Shown: one piece after another, positions 9,500 through 17,474 of the stretch
Position numbering within the stretch: position 1 is the first letter of the stretch
Layout: every line of letters begins with the position of its first letter
Assembly: GCA_937897575.1 (NCBI GenBank)
Contig: CALCQG010000067.1
Span: forward strand, 62,001 to 83,285
Direction of reading: 5' to 3'
DNA length: 21,285 nucleotides
From: an uncultured Synergistales bacterium
GTDB lineage: Bacteria > Synergistota > Synergistia > Synergistales > Aminobacteriaceae
The notes under the pieces: generated by a model
The model's input: the letters and a program-made list of their open reading frames with translations, nothing else
The model's database searches: none
Told to the model about the DNA's origin: nothing
Translations under genes and position numbers: made by a program

Positions 9500-10378
9500 T
9501 CAGGACAATCGCTCCTCCTGCGCCCTCTTCGACCGCACGATCTGCTCGTGATAGAAGTAGTTCCGAATCGTGATACCCTGCTTGTCGGCCTCCTGCTCGA
9601 CGACCTCGGCGAGGTCCGCCCAGTACGACCGGTCGCCGTCGACGTATATCTGCCGGTAGAGGGGGACGAGATCGGGGTGCTTTTCGGCGATGTAGTGCAG
9701 GATATCCTGCCTGAAACTGCCCCGGAGGTTGAGGTTCTCGATCCACACCTCGTCACAGGCATCGGCTACGGCCTCCATGATGGCGCACACGTCCGTGATG
9801 CCCGGAAAGACGGGAGAGATGAAACATGCCGTGCCGATACCCCGCCCGTGAAGCGCTCTCATGGCCTCGATGCGCTTGGCGATGGGGGCCGCTCGGTCCA
9901 TGTCCCGCCGGAAGGCCTCCGAGAGAGTATTGATGGAGAAGACCGCCGTGAGGCCGTCGAACTGCTCCAGAAGGTCCCTATCCCTCAGGATGAGATCCGA
10001 TTTCGTGAGGATGGTGAGAAAGGCCCCCGAGCCCTGAAGCTGCTCGAGGAGCGCGCTGGTGCGCCGGCAGGTCGCCTCCCACGGGTTGTAGGGATCGCAC
10101 ACCGTCCCGACGAGGATCGTCTTCCCCCGGTACCTCCCCGGCCGCCGCAGGGGTTCCCAGCTCTTCACATCCAGAAAGTCTCCCCAGGGCTCGGGATGGT
10201 GGGCGAAGCGCTTCATGAAGGAGGCGTAGCAGTACCGGCACTTGTGCGGACAGCCGACGTAGGGGTTCGCCGAGTAGTCGCCCGCGGGCAGCGTCGTTGG
10301 GTTCAGGATGCTCCGCGCCGCAACCTGACGGACGAGCACATCCGCCCATTCACCGCCTCGTTCCGCACCGCTCGTCAT
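9500..10378 (-). CDS. SPL-family radical SAM protein resembling radical SAM mobile pair protein B
   Basis: NPYVGCPHKCRYCYASFMKRF (CxxxCxxC), PWGDFLDVK, TKSDLILRD, SPVFPGITD, ENLNLRG and YFYHE. The subfamily is recognised from memory of these motifs. Confidence 0.85.
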   Translation of the reverse strand: MTSGAERGGEWADVLVRQVAARSILNPTTLPAGDYSANPYVGCPHKCRYCYASFMKRFAHHPEPWGDFLDVKSWEPLRRPGRYRGKTILVGTVCDPYNPWEATCRRTSALLEQLQGSGAFLTILTKSDLILRDRDLLEQFDGLTAVFSINTLSEAFRRDMDRAAPIAKRIEAMRALHGRGIGTACFISPVFPGITDVCAIMEAVADACDEVWIENLNLRGSFRQDILHYIAEKHPDLVPLYRQIYVDGDRSYWADLAEVVEQEADKQGITIRNYFYHEQIVRSKRAQEERLS

Positions 10379-10502
10379 CTCGTGACCGCCCCTCTGCGCT
10401 CAACACCCACCGCCCGTCGACGGCGAAACCGCGGCGCTCCGCCCCTGAGCAGAGAACTCCGACACCCTTCGGCGGGAACATCCCGGCCGATCAAATGTCC
10501 TC

Positions 10503-10778
10503 TTACTTCTTCGCCTTCCCCTCGGGCTTTTTGCCTGACTCGTCGCAGCAGCAACACTCCTTCAGCGGAGGCTTCTTGGGGTCGTTGATCAGGTCCTGGG
10601 GTTTCGCGTCCACAAAGGGATCCTCTTCAGCTCCGAACTCGGTCTGGTCCACGGGGTCGTGACTGGGGTCGTAGTCGGGCTTGTAGCGGGGATCCTGGTT
10701 AGGGCAGCAGCACTCGCCGCTTTCCGCCTTCTTTTTCGTCTCCTCCGCGCATTTCTTCTTCTTGCTCTCGTCCTGCAT
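10503..10778 (-). CDS. Small Cys-cluster, highly charged hypothetical protein (91 aa)
   Basis: AAGGAG RBS 9 nt before the ATG at 10778. Codons are GC3-rich like the neighbouring genes (AAG, GAG, GAC, TGC). Contains ECCC and ECCCC motifs. Confidence 0.65.
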   Translation of the reverse strand: MQDESKKKKCAEETKKKAESGECCCPNQDPRYKPDYDPSHDPVDQTEFGAEEDPFVDAKPQDLINDPKKPPLKECCCCDESGKKPEGKAKK

Positions 10779-10879
10779 CGTCTCCATCTCCTTTCGGGAA
10801 CCCAACGCACCTCACAGAATCTCTGTCCGCCATAGTTTCCGGGTCGTACGCGTGCGCGTCGACTCTTTCGGTCGACTGC

Positions 10880-10906
10880 TTTATATTATGTCATAGGTAC
10901 CGTCAA
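10880..10906 (-). promoter_or_regulatory. Possible promoter of the minus-strand block
   Basis: The minus strand reads TTGACG-gtaccta-TGACATAAT-ATAAA, an extended -10-like TGnCATAAT in the only AT-rich patch upstream of the small ORF. Spacing to the -35-like hexamer is non-canonical. Confidence 0.3.
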
Positions 10907-11482
10907 TCCCGTCATTTGTCAATGGCCGAGTGACAGAGGCAGGACAGCGCGAGAGAACACGTTTCATCGGAGATGTCTCTTGTTCGAGTTTCTTGTCAGA
11001 ACAGGCGGTGAGAAAAGGAGAGTCCATGCCGATCCGAAAGGAAGGATGGCACTCCAAACGGAAGAGGTGGGCGACAGACGGTACAATGCAGCGCCGTTTC
11101 TCTCCACAACATGGTATTTTCGCTTGTCAAGAACGCTGAACAGCCGTGTCGCCTGAATGGTGGAAGTACCCCGCATCTTCGTCTTCGGCTGCCCTGACGT
11201 GGTGAGCTGGGTGCACTGGCCATCCGCCGGACCATCGCCGTCCTTTGCGGACACAAGACCTTCACGAAAGACTTGATCGACCTCTACCGCAGACAGTACC
11301 CCCTACGGTTCCACTACGTTCTTCTACATCTGGCACCTCACGCCGGAGAACCCTATGGTTGGCCGACGAAAAAAGCAGTAAAAGAATAGGTGACCATGTA
11401 GAATAGAGTAAGTGCTCTTATTTGTTTTCTATTTGTTTGAAGAAAAAACGAATCAGAATTACTTTTATACTGAAAATTTATA

Positions 11483-11491
11483 TGGTACAAT
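11483..11491 (+). promoter_or_regulatory. Probable extended -10 promoter of the cas operon
   Basis: TGGTACAAT in an AT-rich tract about 43 bp before the cas3 ATG, followed by an AAGGAGG RBS at 11521-11527. Confidence 0.5.
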
Positions 11492-11533
11492 GCCTTTGTT
11501 GATCGCATCATCTCAAAATCAAGGAGGCATTTC

Positions 11534-13876
11534 ATGGAAAAGAACCCCATCGCCCATGTTCGCCAAAATCAGGATAACACTTGGACAGAGCAACCTCTCT
11601 CAGAACACCTGAAGAATGTGGCACGACTTGCATGTCAATTCGCCGAAGTCTTCGGAGCGGGTGATTGGGCGAAAGTGTGCGCCTTATGGCACGACCTTGG
11701 GAAATATATCTCTGAGTGGCAGGCCCATCTGAGGGGTGCTTCGGGGTACGATCCTGACGCGCACCTCGAATCTACTCCAGGGAAAATCAACCATAGTACG
11801 GCTGGAGCTGTTCTCGCCTTTCAACGAATACAGATTCCTCCTATCGCAAGTATTATTGCCTATGTTGTTGCTGGACACCACGCAGGATTGCCTGATTGGT
11901 ATCCAGGCGACGCCTCCGGAGCCCCTCTTCCGGAGAGGATTTCTAAAAAAAACGATATACACGAACTCAATACGGAAGACATCCAACGGGTACGTCAAAT
12001 AGAAGAGGCACGACCATTTCTGGAAACCCCTCTGCCACAAAGCGCACCCTTTACAAAAAAGGACTGGCATAAATGGGGCGACCACCTCCATCTGTGGATA
12101 CGAATGTTGTACTCCTGCCTCGTCGATGCGGATTTTTTGGATACGGAAGCATTCATGACACTGGAGAACGCCCTCCTCCGGCGTCATGGGCAATCAATGG
12201 GGGAATTGAAATCGCGCTTCGATCGGTATATGAAAAAAATGCAGGAAAAAACCGAGCCCTCCCCTGTCAACGACCAGCGCAATAGAGTCCTCGACCTCTG
12301 TCGGGAAAAAGCGCAGATGCCACCAGGTTTTTTCACCTTGACTGTCCCGACGGGTGGAGGAAAGACGCTATCCTCCATAGCCTTCGCACTGGGCCATGCC
12401 GTGAACTATGCAAAGCGGCGGATTATCGTCGCCATCCCGTACACAAGTATTATCGAACAGACCGCTAAGGTATTACAGTTCGGTTCCGATAATGATGAGA
12501 AGATCCGCACGATCATCGAACGAAATGAAGAACTTTTCGGGGAAGAGAATGTCATAGAACACCATAGCAACATTGACCCGGAGAGCGAGACGCGACAGGG
12601 CCGATTGGCCACCGAGAATTGGGATGCGCCAATTATCGTAACAACCAATGTCCAACTTTTTGAATCACTTCTTGCCGCCCGCAGTTCGTCTTGCCGGAAA
12701 CTGCACAACCTGGCAAACAGCGTCATAATACTGGACGAAGCACAGATGTTACCACCGGAGTACCTCAAGACAATCACCTCGGTGTTGCATGGGCTTGTCG
12801 AACACTTTGGCGTGACTATCGTGCTGTGCACGGCGACGCAACCCGTTCTTTCGGGGACGATAGGGAGCGGAACCGCCGCTTTCTCAGGTCTGCCACAGTG
12901 TACGGAGATCATGGATGACCCTTCTTTTCTGAGTAAGGAATTCAAAAGAGTGCACCTGCACTTCCCTTCCCCGCAAGAACCACCGTCTTCCTGGGAGGAG
13001 ATTGCGGAAAAAGTGGCAGGGCATCAACAATGCCTTGCCGTGGTGAACTCAAGGAAAGATTGTCGCACACTGCACGCCTTATTGCCCGACGACACCGTTC
13101 ACCTCTCCGCCTTTATGTGTGCTGAAGAACGCAGCGATGTCATAAATGGGATAAAGGAGCGATTAAGGGAAAAGCTGCCCATTCGCGTGGTTAGCACACA
13201 ACTCGTCGAAGCGGGTGTTGACATTGACTTTCCAGTGGTCTTTCGCGCCATGGCTGGTCTTGATTCGATTGCCCAGGCTGCGGGACGGTGCAATCGCGAA
13301 GGCAAACTCAACAAATCGGGGCAGTTTGGCCAGGTCTTCGTCTTCAGCCCACCCACTCCGGCTCCTCCTGGCCTTCTCAGGAAGGGCGAAGACGCATGCA
13401 GGGCAATTCTCCGTTCTCAGGAAATTTCAGAACTTGACCCTGCCATCTTTTCCCTGTACTTCAGGACATTTTACAACGCCGTAAATACCTTTGACGCCTC
13501 GGACTATATAAAAGACCTCTGCAGTGAATCCATGGATTTTCGCTTCCAGTTCAGAACACAGAGCCAGAAATTCAACCTCATAAACGATGTGTCACAGCAA
13601 GGCGTCATCGTTTGGTATCAGGGACGCAAACGTTCCACATCGAGCCTCGACTATATCGGGGAGCTGCGCCGCATAGGACCGAGTCGGCATCTTTCCCGAA
13701 AAATGCAACGTTTCACGGTAACCATTCCTCTTTATCTTCATGAAAAGTTAATGAAGGAGGGGATGATCGAGAAGATAGCGGGGTATTCCGTTCAAAGAAG
13801 CCCGGGGTTGTACAAAGAGGGGTTGGGGTTGTTGCCCAATCCCGCGGACTGGAGTAAAGAACTCCTGTATTACTAA
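11534..13876 (+). CDS. cas3: CRISPR-associated nuclease/helicase Cas3 (HD fused to SF2 helicase)
   Basis: LSEHL, WHDLGK, NHS, GHHAGL and LVDADFLDT (HD domain). VPTGGGKT, ILDEAQ, CTAT, STQLVEAGVD and QAAGRCNR (helicase). Confidence 0.96.
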   Translation: MEKNPIAHVRQNQDNTWTEQPLSEHLKNVARLACQFAEVFGAGDWAKVCALWHDLGKYISEWQAHLRGASGYDPDAHLESTPGKINHSTAGAVLAFQRIQIPPIASIIAYVVAGHHAGLPDWYPGDASGAPLPERISKKNDIHELNTEDIQRVRQIEEARPFLETPLPQSAPFTKKDWHKWGDHLHLWIRMLYSCLVDADFLDTEAFMTLENALLRRHGQSMGELKSRFDRYMKKMQEKTEPSPVNDQRNRVLDLCREKAQMPPGFFTLTVPTGGGKTLSSIAFALGHAVNYAKRRIIVAIPYTSIIEQTAKVLQFGSDNDEKIRTIIERNEELFGEENVIEHHSNIDPESETRQGRLATENWDAPIIVTTNVQLFESLLAARSSSCRKLHNLANSVIILDEAQMLPPEYLKTITSVLHGLVEHFGVTIVLCTATQPVLSGTIGSGTAAFSGLPQCTEIMDDPSFLSKEFKRVHLHFPSPQEPPSSWEEIAEKVAGHQQCLAVVNSRKDCRTLHALLPDDTVHLSAFMCAEERSDVINGIKERLREKLPIRVVSTQLVEAGVDIDFPVVFRAMAGLDSIAQAAGRCNREGKLNKSGQFGQVFVFSPPTPAPPGLLRKGEDACRAILRSQEISELDPAIFSLYFRTFYNAVNTFDASDYIKDLCSESMDFRFQFRTQSQKFNLINDVSQQGVIVWYQGRKRSTSSLDYIGELRRIGPSRHLSRKMQRFTVTIPLYLHEKLMKEGMIEKIAGYSVQRSPGLYKEGLGLLPNPADWSKELLYY

Positions 13877-13887
13877 TGTATTACTAA
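13866..13887 (+). repeat. Perfect 11-bp tandem duplication TGTATTACTAA x2 at the cas3 stop
   Basis: Read directly: 13866-13876 and 13877-13887 are identical. Confidence 0.85.
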
Positions 13888-13919
13888 TCCGCAGGAGATG
13901 ACGAGGAAAGGAGGGTGTC

Positions 13920-14636
13920 ATGGACGGAGCATTCTTCAACAAGGAGTTTTGTCTTGAAGTCTGGGGGGAATATGGTTGTTTTACGAGGCCGGAAATGAAG
14001 GTCGAACGGGTCAGCTATGACGTAATAACGCCCTCGGCGGCCAGAGGTATTTTCGAGTCGATCTTCTGGAAACCCGCAATCACATGGCACATCAGGAAGA
14101 TAGAGGTCCTGAACCCCATCAAGTGGGCCTCAATCCGGCGGAATGAAGTGGACAAGATCATGAGTCCCCAAAGCGACGGACTCTATATCGAAGCGAGCCG
14201 TCAACAACGGGCAGGGCTCTTCCTTCAGGACGTTCGGTACCGCCTGCATGCTGCACTGGAATTCATCCCGCCGAACAGGAGGTTGCACTCCATGTCCGGT
14301 GCTCGTCCAGCAAGAATTCCAGAAGAAGCGAAAGAGGACTATCGAAAAGACGAGAACCCCGGGAAATACCACGGTATTTTCGAAAGAAGAGCACGAAAAG
14401 GACAGTGCTTCAATACGCCCTACCTTGGGTGCAGGGAATTCAGCTGCTCTTTCCGTCTGTTGGACCAGGCAGACCGGGAGGCTCTGCCCATAGACGAAAC
14501 CCGGGACCTGGGGTATATGCTCTACGACCTCGACTTTTCCGACGAAACCAACATCAAACCCACTTTCTTCAGGGCACGGCTTGAGAAGGGCGTAGTAGAC
14601 GTCCCTGCATGGGACAGCCCGGAGGTCCGCCGATGA
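13920..14636 (+). CDS. cas5c: Type I-C CRISPR-associated protein Cas5c (Cas5d)
   Basis: EVWGEYGCFTRPEMKVERVSYDVITPSAARGIFESIFWKP, IRRNEV, PYLGCREF and DLGYMLYD. Confidence 0.95.
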   Translation: MDGAFFNKEFCLEVWGEYGCFTRPEMKVERVSYDVITPSAARGIFESIFWKPAITWHIRKIEVLNPIKWASIRRNEVDKIMSPQSDGLYIEASRQQRAGLFLQDVRYRLHAALEFIPPNRRLHSMSGARPARIPEEAKEDYRKDENPGKYHGIFERRARKGQCFNTPYLGCREFSCSFRLLDQADREALPIDETRDLGYMLYDLDFSDETNIKPTFFRARLEKGVVDVPAWDSPEVRR

Positions 14637-16359
14637 TACTGCAGGCCCTCTGCGAATACTACCGAAGAAAAGCGGCGGATCCAAAGAACAACATGGCGCC
14701 GGAAGGGTGGGAGTGGAAGGAGCTTCCCTTTCTCATCGTCCTCGATGCCGGGGGGAACTTTCAGGCTATAGAGGACACACGAGAGGGAGAAGGGAATAAG
14801 AGAAGAGCAAAAGCATTTCTCGTCCTAATGGGCGAAAAAAAACATCAAAGATAAGTGCAAATCTCCTGTGGGACAATGTGGAATACGTTCTGGGCGCCAA
14901 CCCGAGAGAACGCAACGACATTCCAGAACGACATAAGGCCTTCAAAGAACGGATCAACCGGAACGCCTCGGCACTCCGTGACATACCGCCCGTCTCCTCG
15001 GTGCTCGCCTTCCTCGACAACTCCCCCCTGAAGCAGATCGAACAGAACTCACTGTACTCCGAACTGTGGCGCGAAGTTTTGGAGAGCAACGCCTTCATCA
15101 CCTTCAAGGTTGTTGGTCATGGGGAGACGACGATCTTCGACTCGATCAAAGACAATATATCCTTAGAATCGTCAGAACAGAAAAAAAACGTTTGCCTTGT
15201 CTCCGGGAATTATGACGAAATAGCGCGCCTTCATCCAACTATTAAAGGGGTTTTCGGAACAAACACATCAGGCGGATCCATTGTTTCCTTCAATAAGGAC
15301 CCCTTCAAATCCTACGGAAAGGAGCAAAGTTACAACGCCCCTGTAGGTAAAAAGTGCATGTTTGAGTATACAACCGCTCTCAATGCTCTGCTCGGTAAAG
15401 GCTCCTCCAACAAGAGTCTTATTGGAGACGCATCCACCGTATTTTGGACCGAGAAACCCACAAAAACAGTGTACAACATTGAGGAGAACTTCTCCTGGTT
15501 CATGGCGGATCCACCCAAAGATGACCCTGATAGAGGCATACGGGCCGTCAAGGGACTCTGCAGCGCAATGAAGTCAGGGCATCTCCCTCTCTTCGACGAG
15601 AACAGATTCTACCTTCTTGGTCTCGCACCGAATACCGCACGGATCTCCATCCGTTTCTGGAGGACTGGTACTGTCCGTGCATTTGGAAGCAGAGTACTGC
15701 AGCATTTCGATGACATCGCAATAGACCGTGGTCCCAAGGATCCTGAATATCTCACGGTGAATCAGCTCCTCAGAGCAACCGCCTTCGAGTACAAGATGGA
15801 GAACGTTCCGCCCAACATGGCGGAAGCTCTCATGACAAGCATTGTCGACGGAACGCAGTACCCGGTCTCCCTCTTCCAGCAGTGCATGAGAAGAGTGCGG
15901 GCAGAAAGGGAGATCACGTACCGGAGAGCGGCCCTTTTGAAGGGGTGCCTGAACAGGAAGGGAGGAACGCTGAAAATGTCTCTGGATACAACGAACAGGA
16001 ATATCGGATACCTGCTGGGCAGACTTTTCGCAGTTTTTGAAAAAGTCCAGGAGAGTGCCAATCCGGGGCTCAATACCACGATCCGGGAGCGCTTTTATGG
16101 TGCGGCCGCGTCGAGCCCCGTCACCGTCTTTCCGCAACTGCTGAAGCTCAAGAATCACCACCTGGCAAAGATGGAGAGTAAGGGATTACAAACCTATTAT
16201 GAAAAGCGAATTGGAGAAATCATGGATGCAGTCGACCGATTCCCATCCCATCTTCCCATGGATGAACAGGCATACTTTGCCGTAGGGTATTATCATCAGC
16301 GTCAGGATTTCTTTAAGAAGAACTCTGGCAAAATACCGAACAACAGCACGAAAGCATGA
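14633..16359 (+). pseudogene. cas8c: Type I-C large subunit Cas8c/Csd1, interrupted by a frameshift at an A8 tract (14835-14842)
   Basis: The N-terminus MILQALCEYYRR...APEGW stops at 14854. The rest (ANLLWDNVEYVLG, CLVSG, SFN..F.SYGK.Q, LAPNTARISIRFW, YLLGRLFA, GYYHQ) is in another frame. Adding one A restores a ~575-aa ORF. A sequencing error cannot be excluded. Confidence 0.85.
15976..16359 (+). CDS. cas11: Cas11 small subunit translated from an internal start in cas8c (127 aa)
   Basis: GGAGGA at 15961-15966 lies 9 nt before an in-frame ATG giving MSLDTTNRNIGYLLGRLFA. Internal Cas11 translation from the 3' part of cas8 is established for type I-C. Confidence 0.75.
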   Translation: MSLDTTNRNIGYLLGRLFAVFEKVQESANPGLNTTIRERFYGAAASSPVTVFPQLLKLKNHHLAKMESKGLQTYYEKRIGEIMDAVDRFPSHLPMDEQAYFAVGYYHQRQDFFKKNSGKIPNNSTKA

Positions 16360-16373
16360 GAGGAGGAAGCGTT

Positions 16374-17471
16374 ATGACCACAATCAATCACAAATATGAT
16401 TTTGTATTTCTGTTCGACGTACAGGACGGTAACCCCAATGGAGATCCCGATGCAGGGAATCTTCCGAGGATCGATGCGGAGACAGGTATCGGTCTCGTCA
16501 CCGACGTATGTTTAAAACGAAAGGTACGCAACTATGTTCAACTCACTAAAAAACTTACCCCATCATATAATATCTACGTGAAGGAAAAGGCAATCTTAGG
16601 CACCGCACATTGGCAAGCATTTGAAGAACTAAAGATCCCCTTAGGGGAAGCAATAACTATTAATATTCCTCCTGAATTATTTGAGGACATAGAGGAATTT
16701 GATTTACCTGAAGGTTTATCTTTCGAAGATGATAGTGACAATGACAAGATGAAAAAGTTAATTATCGCTGCTGACGCAGATATACAATCTATCAAGGATA
16801 ATATTAAAAATCAAAAACCACCAAAAGAACTGAAAAAATTTTTGGATTCAAGTCTTAAAAAAAGTAAATCCCGCAAGCCTACGGCTGAAGAAACTGAGAA
16901 AGGGAGAAAATGGATGTGTGAACATTTTTATGACATCAGATCCTTCGGAGCAGTTTTATCTTTGAAAACCGCTCCGAATTGTGGCCAAGTCCGTGGCCCA
17001 ATACAGCTTACCTTTGCCCGTTCAATAGATCCGATAGTAGCTATTGAAAATACCATCACCAGAATGGCCGTGGCAACGGAAGCGGAAGCAAAAAAGCAGA
17101 GCGGCGACAACAGGACCATGGGCAGAAAGTTCACCGTACCCTATGGGCTCTACAGAACCCATGGGTTTATCTCGGCGAATTTTGCGGCGCAGACGGGATT
17201 TTCCGACGATGATCTGAAACTTTTCTGGCAAGCGCTGCAGGGCATGTTCGAACACGATCGATCCGCCGCCCGGGGACTTATGTCGACGAGAGCTCTCGTC
17301 ATCTTCAAGCATGACTCCCTACTCGGCAGTAAACCAGCTCATGAGCTCTTCTCGAGGGTAACGGTCCAGCGCGCAACAGAGGGGCCCGCAAGGAATTTCA
17401 GCGATTATCGCATTCTTCTCGACGGCGAACCCCTCTCACAGACAGTGACGACGGTACCAGTGCACTCCTGA
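16374..17471 (+). CDS. cas7c: Type I-C Cas7/Csd2 backbone subunit, enlarged (365 aa) by an internal insertion
   Basis: DGNPNGDPDAGNLPRID, VTDVCLKRKVRNYV, WMC..FYDIRSFGAV, GQVRGPIQ, ITRMAV and TMGRKFTVPYGLY. AGGAGG RBS before the ATG at 16374. Confidence 0.95.
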   Translation: MTTINHKYDFVFLFDVQDGNPNGDPDAGNLPRIDAETGIGLVTDVCLKRKVRNYVQLTKKLTPSYNIYVKEKAILGTAHWQAFEELKIPLGEAITINIPPELFEDIEEFDLPEGLSFEDDSDNDKMKKLIIAADADIQSIKDNIKNQKPPKELKKFLDSSLKKSKSRKPTAEETEKGRKWMCEHFYDIRSFGAVLSLKTAPNCGQVRGPIQLTFARSIDPIVAIENTITRMAVATEAEAKKQSGDNRTMGRKFTVPYGLYRTHGFISANFAAQTGFSDDDLKLFWQALQGMFEHDRSAARGLMSTRALVIFKHDSLLGSKPAHELFSRVTVQRATEGPARNFSDYRILLDGEPLSQTVTTVPVHS

Positions 17472-17474
17472 CCC

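Noticed and set aside
8327..10588. 753-aa plus-strand ORF
   Set aside because: It is the antisense shadow of the high-GC3 AKR and radical SAM genes, with no recognisable motifs and the biased composition typical of shadow frames.
14878..16359. 493-aa ORF as a complete stand-alone Cas8c starting at the GTG at 14878
   Set aside because: There is no RBS, the start falls inside the conserved LLWDNVEY segment, and the genuine N-terminus lies upstream in another frame.
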